A stretch of 62,889 nt of DNA, the filler included, from Reclinomonas americana ATCC 50394 (taxonomy: Eukaryota), in assembly GCA_048213135.1 (NCBI GenBank). It is 8 parts of 4 records of this genome, joined end to end, with 100 filler letters (N's around TTAATTAATTAA, not from the genome) between each part and the next. Parts side by side here need not be neighbours in the genome. Positions count along the whole stretch, not along the records: positions 1 to 22,694 come from PS015150.1; 7 more parts are not named here. One strand, written 5' to 3'. Shown here piece after piece: positions 1 to 15,902 of this stretch; positions within the stretch are counted from its first letter, which is position 1, and every line of letters starts with the position of its first letter. The notes beneath the pieces are model-generated. The model ran no database searches, had not been told where the DNA came from, and saw only the letters and a list, made by a program, of their open reading frames with translations. The translations under genes and the position numbers were made by a program.

Positions 1-4
1 GAGG

Positions 5-288
5 ATGGGCAACAGCGCGTCGCGTCACCAAGACGCCTCGAGCACTGGTGGCGCGCAACAGCGGCGACACGACGATGTCGACTCGGCGGGAACGCAGCCG
101 CACACGGATGTCGACTTGGAGCGCGACTCGGTCAAGAACCTCTCCTCCTATCCCAACACGATTCGCACACAGTTGCTGCAGGCGATTGAGGTGTGTGTGC
201 GAAGAGAGAGAGAGAGAGAGAAAGCACAGAGAGTGAGGAGCATGAGAGCACGCGCATCTCTGTGTGCATGTGTCGTGCTCTCTCACCC

Positions 289-336
<48 letters not shown>

Positions 337-3300
337 CCTGTCACACATTCACTCACTGATGAGAACGCACATTCACTCTCTCTCTCTCACGCACACACAC
401 TCACACACACATACACACACACACACACACACACTCGCACAATGATGCCGCACATTAATTTCACCACAAACATGTGTGATTCGAGAGCCGCGAGGTCACG
501 CGCATTATTTTGTCATTTTCCATCTCCTTTCCTCTCTCTTTCTTTCTCATTTGTCATTCAGTCGCTCACGGGAATTCCGATTTTCTTTCTTTCGTCTATC
601 TGTCACACACAGCGATGCATGGGATTTTGGGGTCGATCGGACGCGGAGACGCCGAAAAAGGTGTCTGTCAAGCTCAGCGTGCTGCGGCAGTGTCTGCGCG
701 AGTACGAGCGCAGTTGGCATCAGCAGAATTTGCAGCGTTGCGCGCGCCTCTCTCTCACTCTCCCTCTCACACGTGCGTACTCATATTCAACCTCGCCCTG
801 CAGAGCTGGCGGAGCAAGAGACGGATCGCGAGGTGGCGGCCGAGCGCGCGCGGAATGCTGTGGCGCCCGACATCATGTACGACATCAATGGCTACCGCAC
901 TCTGTCGGGCGTGGTCAAGAAGCTGAAGCATCCGGTGGCGTACGTGGAGGCGCTGCTCACGTACCAGTTCCTTCTGCATCGCGCCAGCACTGGTGCGTGC
1001 AACGCCCGCCAACTTTTTCCTTCGTTGTTTGTCTCTCACTCGCTGTGGGTGGTGCAGCGGAACACGCGCAAGCGGCTGTCGGCCAGCACGGATTGTTTCC
1101 CATTCTGTTCAGCCACATCAACGGTGAACACGGGTTCGAGTCGCAAGAGAAGCGCAGTCTGTCGGTGGCTGTGCTGTTCTTGGCGATGACGGGTAAGGAG
1201 AAAGAGAGATGTTGTTGAGAGCGAGTGTGCCCTCTCACACCCCCATTCTCGCCCTGTGCCACACAGCCCCGCGCCCCGGCACCAACAACCAGAACATTTT
1301 CCGCTCGATTGGCGGCATTGACTGGTGCCTCCAACAACTCTTCGCCTCGCACGCTTTTGAGTCAGCGTTGCGTATGTGACCTCCTATTCTTCCATTTCCC
1401 CCACGTCTGCCTGACAACCTTGCCTCCTCCCCGCAGTCGTCGCCGCGAGCTGACCGAGCCAGAGGATCCGCGGCGGCTGGCCGGCTCCATTCCCGAAGGC
1501 TCCAGCAAGTCCTTCATTGTCGCGCAGTCGGCTGACTCGCGCGCCCTCAACTCCGCGCACCAGAAATTCTACGGTCGCAACCATCAAAAGGCGGTTGTTG
1601 ACGAGCCCGAGTGCACCGAATCTGTGCACGCCAGGAAGCTGCCGCATCACTTGCACCGCGTGGCGCTGTCGCGCCTCTTCCGTTCCGAGTCGCCATCGCA
1701 CCCGCAGTGGCTGGTGCAAGCGGCCGCACTTTTGCTGCGCGCCGCCGTGGAGGGTGAGTGTGTGTGGGACACCCTTCCCTCTCTCTCTCTCTGCCTCCCT
1801 CTCACCTCTCCTCTCCTCTCCCAGACAATAACACCAACGCCCAGCTGGTGTGCGACAAGGGCGGCCTTCCCGTTCTCTCCACGCTCGCCGTGCCGAGCAA
1901 CGCCGGCCACTTTGGCCTGGCCATGTTCTCGCAGGAGGCCGTGGGTCACATTTCTCTGCTTGGTACGCAGCCATATTGTTTCTCTCGATTCCACCTGCCT
2001 CGGCACTCACCCACACGCGCACAGCCAAACCGGAAAACACTGCACTGGCCACACACTTCCGCTCCCCGCGCACGGTGCGCATGCTGTTGCAGGCGTGGCG
2101 CGATGCGTGGCAACCCGGCGCCAGCATGGCACACCATCCGGCCAAGTTCGACGCGCTGGTCACCAGCATTGCACAGAGCCTCTGCAACATTGTCAGTTGC
2201 GTGCAACCGTGGCTCTCGCTTCACTCCCCCATTTGTGACTCACGTGACGCGCAGAGAACGAGCACAAGTTTTTCGGTACTTGCGAGGGTATCCACCTCGT
2301 GGCCGACTACCTCACCGACATGCGTCAGTTCACGGCGCGCTATCCACCGTACCGGCCGACTGCCGCCCCGTCCTCCATGACCGCCTGTCTCGAGTTGCTC
2401 GAGGCATTCGTGTACGAGCACTGTTGCGTCAACGACTGTGTGTTGGTTTGTTGGCCCCTTTCCCATCGCGAATTGCTCACGAGTGCATCCCGCAGTGCAC
2501 GCCGAGCACTTCCACCGCATCACGGAGAGTGGACTCGCGCACTCCCTGTGGGCGTGCATCGAGCCGAACACCAAGGAGGGCGGCTTGGACGACGGCATGT
2601 TCCCGGAGTTCACCAAGCGCGCGCGTGAAGTGTGGAACATTTACTTCCCGCCCAACCAGCCGTCGCCATTTGCCCGCTCGCCGTTTGGCGGCGGTCGCAG
2701 CCCATCGTCACCCACCGGAAATGCTCGACCGTTCCCTCCGTCGCCCTCGTCGCCCACCAGTCGGCAGCCACCGTTCGATTCAGCCGTGACCCGCGACAGC
2801 CCCGGCCGCGGTGACCGCGTGTCGGCCGTGACATTCGACGCAGATCGCTCGCCGACGATCGCTGGCGGCGTCACCCCGGGCAACAGTCCGCCGGCCTCGG
2901 CCGCGCTGTACAAGACACCGCAGACGACGCTCAACAGCGGCACCTTCTTGTCGGGCGGTGCCACCACTGTCGTGGTGCCCCCGAGTGGTCCGCGTTCGGC
3001 GGCCGGCCCGCCAGCCTACTTGCCAGTGCCGGAGCACGACGCTGGATCGCCGCCCATGCCACAGAGTGCCCTCGCGCCAGCCGTTGTCAGCGTGGTGGCC
3101 CCAAAGTCGTCCACGGGCTCGGCGTACCTGGATTCGCCAGTGGACGACGCCGCTTCACCGCCGGCGCCGGTGCCGCCGGTTCGGTTGGCGTTTGTCGACG
3201 AGCAGCCGCCAGCGCGACCGCTGCGTCACGCCTTTGACGATGCCGACACGGACCTGGTGAAGCCATTCCGCACTTCTACCGACTCGGTCGTCTCCGAGGT

Positions 3301-4072
3301 CACCGCCGTCAGCATCGACGATGCGGTGCCGTTCAAGTCCGAAGCGCTGCGTCACCAACAGGAGCTGGCCAAGGAGCGCATGAAGGCTCGCGCAGCTGCC
3401 ATGCGCACGCACGCGACTGCACGAGCCGCCGCCGAGGACGCTCGGGCACCAGTGCGCTCATCGGCCCCCGAAGAGGGTCGCGGCGATGCCGACTACGACG
3501 ACGACGACGACGACGCCGTGATCAAGCCACCTCCGCGCCAGCCGCAGTGGGCAGACGAGCCCGTGTCGGCGGCGGTGGCGGCATCGCGATTTGAGGAGAA
3601 ACCGGTGGAGGAGGACGAGTCGGTGGAGCGCTCGCTGGCGCCGCCGCCACTGTCGCCCATCCAGGCCTCGCCGCGCAACATTGACTTGAAGGTGGCGGTC
3701 GACGAGAGCCCACGCTCCGCCGACGAACTGAGCGAGAGTCTCGCCGCCTCAGCTCCGCCGTTGCAGCTGATTCCGCCCACACCCGCTGCCCCGGGCGATC
3801 CCGAGCTGGAGGAGCAGCGCAAGAAGAAGGCGGCGGCGTTGGCGGCACGGGTTTGTAGGGATGGTGGTTGTTTGTTTGTGTCGAGTTTGTGCTGATTCTG
3901 CTGCGTGTCGCAGAGAGAAAAGGTGCGCATGGGGAACCTGGAGAAGCGCCGTCAGATGATGCAAGCCGCAGCCGGTGGCCGCGACGACGACGCCGAGAGT
4001 GGCAGCAGCAACTCGTCGCCGCCGCGCTTCCACCGTCGCGAGACCAATTCCGATACGCTGGTTGGCGATTGA
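5..4072 (+). CDS. Multi-exon hypothetical protein: N-myristoylation-like start MGNSAS, helical/ARM-like middle, long Pro/Ser-rich C-terminal region
   Basis: Exons join in frame across short GT-AG introns (e.g. 737-803, 1367-1436, 2196-2254). Last exon REKVRMGNLEKRR...DTLVGD ends at TGA 4070-4072. No family recognised. Confidence 0.6.
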
Positions 4073-4734
4073 GTGAGGCAAACAAGAGATGAGGATATTG
4101 GTGAGCGCTGTGGTAAGGGAGAAGAAAAACAGTGGAAAGCAACAGTGAAGGAGAAGGAAAGGAAAGGCACAGAGAGGGATCCATGTCGAGGTACCGGTGA
4201 GATCAGCCAACTTCGAAGCCACGAAAGGCTGAAGCTTCGTGCTCAGCGACTGGGTTCAACTTCGACGCGACACGAAGTCGCAGTCAACTTCCTCTGCGCT
4301 TGCGACTTCTACGATTGCAACAAGAGAAGAGCATTGATATTTACATGATCCTCCCACAGCTCGGTGCTCAGTTGCAACTGAGACCGCTGATGATCAACTT
4401 CGAATTCGAAGTCACAGACAACTTCCTCTGCACTTCCAACTTCTGTAACCACAGCAGAGAAGAGCACTGGCATTCGCATACATCTTTCACCGCTCAGCGC
4501 TCAGCGGCCGCTCATAAGAAAAAGTTCCGCGGACGTCCTGCACGCGGAGATGAAACCAAACCCCCATCTCCGACGATTGCTGTATTTTCTCTCTGTTTAA
4601 GAGAGCAATGACAAGTCGAGGTGGCAACAACGCAGCTGCTCTCTCAGCTTCTGTTGGATCGGCGTCGATGTCGACTCCGTCGGTGACTGCTGCAGTGCCG
4701 CGAGTGCGACAGGATGATGAGGTGTCGAGGTGAG

Positions 4735-5160
<426 letters not shown>

Positions 5161-5872
5161 GAGGGAGGGAGTGTGTGTGTGAGAGAGAAAGACAGAGGAA
5201 CTGACTGAGTGTGTGAGAGAGAGAGGAAGAGAAAGCGCTGTGAGAAATACAGAGGAAGTGACTGAGTGAGTGAGTTTGTGTGAGTGAGTGTAAGTGTGTG
5301 TGTGTATGTGTGAGTTTGTGTGTGTGTGTGTGTGGAGAGAGTGTGCATTGACGAATTTGAGTTGCATTGCAACTCAATTCTTGCTCTCTCTCACTCTCTC
5401 TTTGTTGCTCATCCTCCTCTTTGTCTGTCTCTCTTTTGTAGTTGGAGAGAGAGAGAGAGAGCAGTGTGCCTGCGAGTGAGTTGCACACTTGTCACTCTGT
5501 GAGCACTCAGACTGCAACTGAGTGCTGGTTCCTTCGTTGTCGTTTCTGTGTTTCACTGCGAGTGTAAGAGGAGGCCCATTGCACTGTGAGTGAAGTGCGC
5601 AGATCAATGACTCTGCGGCTTGCACACTTGCGCATTCGCTCAATCTATCACTCCCATTCTCACACACGCACACTGTGTGTGAGCGAGATGAACAGCGATT
5701 GAGCTCTGTGTTCCTGCACTTGCTTCTCTCTTTCTCTCTCTGACGGATTTCTTCTTCTGGCGTGTGTTCCTGCACCTTGCTTCTCTCTTTCTCTCCTCTC
5801 CTCTCCCTTCATCTTATCTTTCTCCCCTTTTCTCCCTTCTCTCCCCACTCACTCCCCGCCCCCGCCCACACA

Positions 5873-6036
5873 GAACAACGCAATTCGCCGACAGCCGCAC
5901 GCGACACATTCCGCGACCATCGCCACTCTCCAGCGAGGCCAAGGGTCACAGCTTCCGTGGCCTGCTCAATCTCGGAATTGTCGTGCTTGTTGCGTTTCTC
6001 TTCTCTCTTCTCGCTCTCTCTCTCTCTCTCGTCTTC

Positions 6037-6107
<71 letters not shown>

Positions 6108-8704
6108 TCGGTGTGTGTTTGTCTGTTTGTTTGCGTGCCTGTCTCTCTCGCTCTCTGTGCGTGTGTATATGTGTGTGTTTCAGTGTATGTTTGACTGGTT
6201 ATCTGCGTGCCTCTTTGCCTTCCTTGTCCTCTCTCTCCCTCCCTCTCACCCTTCGCCCCTCCCTTCCCCTCTGCCTCCCCCCAGGTGATCGCCAACTTCC
6301 AGGAGATTGTGCGCAACTTCCAAAAGTACGGCGTGCTGGTGTCACCCGGAAACTTTGTCACGGAGCTCCTGCACGAGCCCCACCGGTGGCCGTCTGTCGA
6401 GCTGTTTCTGCGTTGCGTGCACCACCCTCCTTACTTTCCCCGTCTCCTTCCTCACCTTTGTTTCTTCCCCTCGTGTAGTGCTGCACGTGTTCGTGCTGGT
6501 GACGTTCCTCATCGAGTGGCTGGCCAAGGCGTTGCACAACAACATCTACGTGCTCCCGGCTACCGCTGCCGCTGCAGCTGCCAAGGCTGTCGTGACGGCC
6601 GCAGATGCTGCCGATGCGGACTCGGTGGCCGAGGAACCCGACATTTCCGAGTCGGATTCGGTGCCGCCGCCACTCTCCGACATGGAGACGGACACGGAAA
6701 CGTTGCGGCCTGTGCGCGCTGTGGGTAGTCGCGCACCGACTCACTCACTCGTTGTGCTACAGAAACACGGCCGAGGTGCCGCCGACGTCGTCCTCTCTCC
6801 GACGACGCAATCGCGCGCCGAATGCCACGCGCCCAGGTGCACCGACTGCCTCGCCGATTCCTGCGCCGGCTGCTCCGCCTGCCGCCAGCCGCCAACCGTC
6901 TGTGATGCCCTATGAAGGTCAGGCGCATTGTGTGTGTGCGTGTTCTGTGTTTGACATAGGTTGTCCGACGCTCAACACGCATTTGTGTGCGACAGTCCTC
7001 ATCATGCTGTGCCACACGCTGAATCTGGCCGGCCTGCTGATTGTGCCGGTGTTTGTGATTCTGCACACACGACCGTCGCCGCTGTACGCTGCTATCAACA
7101 TCATGTACATTTGCATTTACTTCTTCAAGGTACGTGTGCCCTACCTGCCTCCGTTTCGACTCGCCCTCTCTCTCTCGCTCACTCACCACGCACGAGCAGT
7201 TGTTGAGCTACGCCCTGACAAACCAGCACCAACGGCTGAAGCGCGGACACCACTGTTGCGTCTCCCTAGCTAGTTCCCCCTATGTTGTCGCGTCTCGGTT
7301 GTTGTTGGCTGACAATCCACACACAGCGCACTTCCACTCGGGCAATCACCAGGAGTACCCGGCCAACATCCGAGTCGGTGACTATGCCTACTTTTTGGTG
7401 GCACCGACGCTGGTCTACGAGTTGAACTATCCGCGCAACCCGAGCATTCGCAAGCTCTTCCTGCTGCGCCGTGTGCTGGAGCTGGTGCGTCCCTGCACAA
7501 GTAGTCAATGTCGTCGCGCAAGTTCTCCCACTAACGCGCTACAACGCGGCAATGTGCAGTGCCTCGTGCTCACACTGCAGATCATCGTAATCGAACAATA
7601 CACGGTTTGTTGTTTCCTCTGTGTTTGCTCGCGAGCCTGTTACTCACCCCATCGCCTCTTCTCAGATGCCGCTGCTGCGCAACGCCCTGATTCCGTTCTC
7701 GGAGGGCGACCGTGCTGGTATGATTGAGCGCACACTCAAACTGGCGGTCAGTGCGCTTGTCGTCATCGGCGCAGCTTCCCTCCCCACACTCACACATCTT
7801 TTATTGGCAGGTGCCCAATCTGTACACATGGCTACTCGGATTCTACGCGTTCTTCCACGTGTGGCTGAACATTCTGGCGGAGCTTTTGCGCTTTGCCGAT
7901 CGTGAATTCTATCGCGACTGGGTGCGTATCCGCTCGTTAGTGAGGCAGAAGACGTCTTGTTTGTACTCACCCTTCTGTTGTGCTCAGTGGAATGCACACT
8001 CCATCGATTACTTTTGGCGCAACTGGTAAGAGATGGAGTCCACCACTCTGCTGACTTGTCATGTGCTGACGTCCACGCAGGAACATTCCCGTGCACCGCT
8101 GGTTCCTCAAGCACATGTACTTCCCACTGCGCAAGGTGAGTCGGCAGGCTATTGATGACGATGACTACAAGTGACTCACGCGGCTCGTGTGTCACACGCA
8201 GCGTGGCGTCAACAAGATTGTGCTCGGCTTGGTCATCTTCTTCATTTCCGCTGCGTTCCATGAGGTGTGAAGTTCGATGTGTCGACCACCACCGTTCGTC
8301 GTCGTTGCCACTCAACTGCCTCATCAACGCGCAGTACATGGTCTCGGTGCCGTTCCGCACGCTGAAGCTGTGGGCCTTTGCGGGCATGCTCGCCCAGGTG
8401 AGTCGACTGTGTCACGTGCCCGCATCCCCACCCCCTCTCGTCTCATCATCATCACGTGCGTGCGCATGCAGGTGCCACTGGTGATCTTCACCGCCAAGTT
8501 TACCAAGTCGCAGCCGCATGGCAATATTATTTTCTGGCTGAGCATTCTCCTCGGTATGTCTCTGTGTTTGTTAATCGAGTGTTCCGTGTGCTCACCACGC
8601 GTCTCGCAGGTCAACCGCTGTGCATTTTGCTGTACTACTTTGATTTCCACTCGCGCAACCTTTCGGGATCGCATGTGGCCGGAGGCGCGACTGCCATCCC
8701 TTAG
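5873..8704 (+). CDS. DGAT1: Diacylglycerol O-acyltransferase 1 (MBOAT family), multi-exon; first exon not resolved
   Basis: Spliced motifs [119 protein letters not shown]; stop at 8704. Confidence 0.92.
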
Positions 8705-8864
8705 ACATGAGGATTCTCTTTCTTCCTCCCCGTTTGTGCGGTCTGTCGATAGACATTACGATTGTCGCGTTTTTATCAATGAAAAAAAGAAGGCGACGAC
8801 GGTTGAGACTCTTCTACTCGTGCTGCTGTGATAAAAAAGAAAGGGAAGGAGTGGCGAGTGGCGA

Positions 8865-11800
8865 TCACAAGTTGGCGAGCACCTCGGCGCACTGCTCCGG
8901 CGACGCGTTGAAGCAGTCGACCGTCACCTCCGCCCACTTCTCGTACAACGGCGCGCGCTCCTCGTACAGCGCCTCAAAACCGCCCTTGGCGTTGAAAGCG
9001 ACGCGCCGTGCAATCGCCTGCTCCATGGTGAGCCGAATGAAGGGGACCCACGTGTACACCAGTACACCCAACTCGCGCAGCGCAGCCATCAGTGGTTCGT
9101 TGTAGACCACCGAGCCGCCGGTGGCGATGACGGACTTTTGCGGCAGCGATGCGCCGTCTGCTCCGAGAGGTGAGTACGGAGGTTTATGAACTCACTGTGA
9201 TCGAGAGACACACACCATTTTGCGCCCACTCCAGCAGCACGCGTCCCTCCATCTCGAGGAAATCGGCACCGGCGCCCTCGTAGCCCGGCGGCAACAACTT
9301 GTCCGTGTCCACTGGGTTCCAGCCGCGTTGCTCCAGCAGCTCCGACAGCGTCGACTTGCCAGACCCAGGCATGCCAATCAACACAAAACGATGCGGACGC
9401 AACACGCGACTGTGGAGGGGCCGATGAGCAAACACCACGGAAGCGCATCAAACACAAGCACACGCGCACCTCCACACTGAGGGACTGTAGGGAATGCGGG
9501 CCTTGTACAACAGCGGCGGCGAGTATGCTGGTGGCTCGTACTCGGGAATCACGCGCTTGATGACATCGGAGAATTTGAGAGGGCTGGCCGTGGACAACGT
9601 GACGCGCACAATGTTGTGTGCATCGTCGGCCGACGCCGGGTACAGACGCTCCAGCGCTCGGTACCCCACAGCCGTGTGCGGATCCATCAAATAGCCGCCC
9701 TCGGCGTACACGCGGCGCATGCTGTCGGCAGCCTGCACGGACAATGAGCTGCGTGCAGGATGGCAGGAGGCGTGGAAAGAATACTCCACACCTCATCCTC
9801 GGGAATGGCAATCGACTGCACACGCTCGCGCAGCGCCTGCATATCGCGATCGAAGAGCGCCCACACGCGGCGGAAGTTGCTCGGATCGCCCACATCCATG
9901 GCCGACGACGCTGTCGGCGTCGACGGCACCGCATTGTACTCGCCCGTCTCCATGAACTTGGGGAATGTGTCGTTCTCGTTGGTGGCAATCACCAGGCGGT
10001 CGATGGGAAGGCCCATAAAGATGGCCAGCAGGCCGGCGGTGGCGTTGCCGAGGTTGCCTGAGCGGGATAGGGGGAAAGGGGAAAAGGTGAGAAGGAGCAG
10101 GGGAGATATGCAAGTTGTTGGTGTTGATGTTGAGAACGCGCACCTGACGGCACGCAAAAGACAACTTTCTTGCCATCGCCCGGCACCACGGCGCCACTCT
10201 CCAGCAGACGCGCGTACGCCCACACATAGTACACGGTCTGTGGGAGCAGACGCGCAATGTTGATCGAGTTGGCCGAGCACACCGTGCCGCGCAGTTCTGG
10301 ATCCGACAGCGCCTAATCGCTCACCGTCAGCAACTATTTCCCCGTACATTGTGCACATATACATACACACACACCTGCTTGGCCAGTGTCTGGCAGTCGT
10401 CAAAGGACCCATCCACCTCCAAGGCCGTGACGCAGCCACCGTGTGCGGCAATCTGCGCCTCCTGGTAGGGCGACACGCGGTTGCGTGGATACAGCACTGT
10501 CACAGGCACGCCAGTGCCAGCAAACGCCGCCGCCACGGCACCGCCAGTGTCGCCAGAGGTGGCCACCACCACCTGCATGAAAGGCAAAGGGGTGAGGAGA
10601 GGCAAAGGGTGAGGAGAGGCGAGAAAGCCATGGAATCAAATCTCTGGCTCTCTTTCTCATTCTGACCATTGCGTGTCTCCCTCGCTGGCTGCACACTCAA
10701 TCCTCATACGACGCTTCTCCAAGAAGGGGCAAACACAAATGACATGCCTCATGCTTCATCATCATCACGTTTCTTCACTCTCGAAGCCTGTCATTGCGTG
10801 GCTCTCCCTCTCGCTGGCTGCATTCTCAGTCCTCACACGAAAGACGCCTCGTGCTTGTCCAACAGGCAAGCATGAACGAGGGTCATGTTGTTTCTCTCTA
10901 ATGCTCTCCTATGCTCACGTTCCTTCACTGTCTCATCGCTCGTGGCGTATCTCGTGTTCTCTCACAGTGTGCATTCTCAATCCTCACACGAAAGACGCCC
11001 CGTGCTTCTCAAGACATGGTGTTTCTCTCTCATTCACTGATGCTCACGTTTCTTCCCTGTCTCGATCCCTGTCGCATCATGTTTCTCTTGTTCTCTCGCC
11101 TCCTGCACACTCAATCCTCACACGTCTCTAAGGCGGCAAATACAAACGACATGGTTTCTTCGTCAAAGGTGTTGTTCATGCTCACGTACATGCTCATGTT
11201 CCCCCCTGACTCGAAGCCTGTCACAGCACGTCTCTCTTACATCACACTAAAGACGCTACGCACTTCTCCAACAAACGACATGGTTTCCGCGTCATGTTGT
11301 TGTCTCTCTAATGCTCTCTGATGCGCACGTTCCCTCACTGTCTTGATCCCTGTCGCATTGTCTCACGCGTTCTCTCGCCTCCTGCACACTCAATCCTCAC
11401 ACGCCTCCAAGGCGGCAAACACAAACGACATGGTTTCTTCAAGGTGATCTCTCTCTATCCTCCTGTCTGTTCTCTCTTGTTCTCTCGCTGGTCCCTTCCT
11501 TCTCTTGTTCTCCCTCCCTCCCTCCCCACCCCCTCTTTCCTCGCACACTCAACTCGCCGCCTGCCCAGCTCCCCGCGCTTCTCCAACAGCGCAGCAAACA
11601 CCCGCGACATGGTACGCGCGCCAAAATCCTTAAACGCCTCCGTAGGCCCGCGGAACAGCTCCAACACTCGCGCATAGTCTCCCATCACCGACACGAGCGG
11701 TGCATCGAAATTGAGTGCATCGCGCGCCAACTGCTCCACTTGCTCCTTGCGCGGCAACTCCTCGGCCAAGAACGGCCGCAGAATGTGCGCTCCAATGTCT

Positions 11801-11985
11801 CCCATGCTCAAGCGCGGGAGCTCAGAGAGCGCAATGCAGCCTTCGTCGGCGCCAAACAGACGCGGAATGTGTGAGGGCATCCACAGACCGCCATCACTGG
11901 GCACGCCTTCGAGAATCGCGTCGAAACATGTGGAGGTGTGAGTGCGGTCGGCGCTGCTCACAAAGGTGATGGGAGGTGCGCTCAT
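8865..11985 (-). CDS. thrC: Threonine synthase (bacterial ThrC type) fused to a C-terminal shikimate-kinase-like P-loop domain, multi-exon
   Basis: Motifs DGGLWMP, ELFRGPTEAFKDFG (PLP lysine), ATSGDTGGAV, SANSINIARL, VPSGNLGN, ATNEND, AMDVGDPSNF, DPHTAV, TASPLKF. In-frame intron 9410-9469 joins to LIGMPGSGKST, DTD, IATGGSVVY, LYEERAPLYEKWA. Confidence 0.88.
10680..11445. repeat. Degenerate ~130-280 bp tandem repeats inside the large first intron of the threonine synthase gene
   Basis: Recurrent blocks CACACTCAATCCTCACACG and ACAAACGACATGGTTTC near 10692, 10975, 11106 and 11385. Confidence 0.7.
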
Positions 11986-12598
11986 GTGCAGCAGTCGTGA
12001 GGGGAGAAAAGGCGGGAAAACCGGGCGTCAGGACAGGTTGCGTGTGGAGGGGGTTTCGCGCTTCTGGTGCGGCTGTACGTGTTCGCTGGGATTGTTATGT
12101 GAGGTGTTGCACATGTTGCGAAGAATCGGAAGGTTGCGAAGTTGTGATACCGCGTGCATTGCAGGGCCAGCGGAGCGATCTCCGGGATGCAGTAGCTGCG
12201 CCATAGAGGGCTTTATATGAGAGAACCTTGCTGTTGCTTCTTTTTGTCGAATTGTGCCTGGCCTTGGCCCCGAGCTCGAGCTCGATGATATCGCGACGTC
12301 GAGCTCAGTTTCTCCGAGGCGGACGCAAGGAGAGGCCGCGCAGCTAGGATCGGCAGCATCCACGCCCGTGCGCTACTATTCGACGGGTTAGGCTGGCCGG
12401 CGCAGCTGCTCGTTGCTGTCGTTCTGCGACGTCGGACACGGTTTTCGATCTCTTCGCTGCTGCGCAACCTGCACGCGAACGCAGATCACCAGGCGACACT
12501 GTACGCAGGCTGGCCATGATGGTCCGCAGCCGGAACTCGAGCAGAAACCACCGGGCAAGCTGAGTTGTCATGCGTGTCCCACCCACATCGCTGCATCA

Positions 12599-14461
<1,863 letters not shown>

Positions 14462-15020
14462 GTTGCGCGAGGGAGGTGGGGCGGCAGTTGTCGTTTCGGA
14501 AGCAGAGCAGTATGTCTTGTGTGGTCCGTCTATTTCGTTCTATATTTGTGTTGAGTGGGTGGCTTGTTTTGCCAAGGGATTTGTTGCCTGTTTGGCAGAC
14601 TAGGACGTCAGTGGATGGGTGGATGTTGCCATTTTTGTCGCAGATCAGCATGCTTTGTTCTCTCGTTCCTATCTTTTTTTCTTTCTTTCTTTCTCTCTCA
14701 TGCTATGTGTGTCTGCCTGCCGTTGTCGCCGAGGTATGCAGAGGTTTCAGTGTGCGTTCTTTATGTTGAGGAATCTGTGTGTGTGTGTGTGCGTGTGTGT
14801 GTGTGTGTGTGTCTCTCTCTCTCTCNNNNNNNNNNNNNNNNNNNNNNNNNNNNNNNNNNNNNNNNNNNNNNNNNNNNNNNNNNNNNNNNNNNNNNNNNNN
14901 NNNNNNNNNNNNNNNNNNNNNNNNNNNNNNNNNNNNNNNNNNNNNNNNNNNNNNNNNNNNNNNNNNNNNNNNNNNNNNNNNNNNNNNNNNNNNNNNNNNN
15001 NNNNNNNNNNNNNNNNNNNN

Positions 15021-15066
<46 letters not shown>

Positions 15067-15210
15067 ACACTCACACACAGAGAGAGAGAGAGGAGAAGAG
15101 GGAGAGAGGGAAGAGGAAGACAGATGAATGTGAATGACGCAGACACTCTCAGACACACACACTTCACTCATAAGACTCACTCGTCTCTTTCCTTCATCTC
15201 CCTCACACAG

Positions 15211-15638
15211 CCACCTCCATCCACCCGCCTCCGCGCTCTCCCCATCCTTCTCAACGCTGCGCTGCACAACGCGGAGCCCTTCTCACACAATCGATCGCAC
15301 ACGGTGGACCCTGTGTACTTGGACGAGGCGTTCTGCCAGTTCGACAAGTTCCTCTCTGCGCCGGGTGCGGTCGAGAGTCTGCCGCACTCGTTGCAGGAGG
15401 CGTATGAGGCGCTGGACTTGGGATTCCGCAGGCAGGTGGTGATGCAGTACTATGCTGGCACGTGGGCGCCGGGCGAGACGAATGTGGAGGCGGCGTATGA
15501 GGCGTGGGTCAAGTGCTTTCCGGTGGGTGAGGGGGAGGGGGAGAAGAAGAAGAAGAAGAAGAAGGGCTTTGCATAGAGTGGTTGAGCTGCGGCAACTCAG
15601 AAAGACTGCAGAGCAGTGTTGTATGTTGCGCTTTGCAT

Positions 15639-15696
<58 letters not shown>

Positions 15697-15863
15697 TAGT
15701 GTAGNNNNNNNNNNNNNNNNNNNNNNNNNNNNNNNNNNNNNNNNNNNNNNNNNNNNNNNNNNNNNNNNNNNNNNNNNNNNNNNNNNNNNNNNNNNNNNNN
15801 NNNNNNNNNNNNNNNNNNNNNNNNNNNNNNNNNNNNNNNNNNNNNNNNNNNNNNNNNNNNNNN

Positions 15864-15902
<39 letters not shown>

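Noticed and set aside
4195-4505. Two degenerate ~130-190 bp repeats downstream of the first gene
   Set aside because: A short local duplication with no further structure or coding signal.
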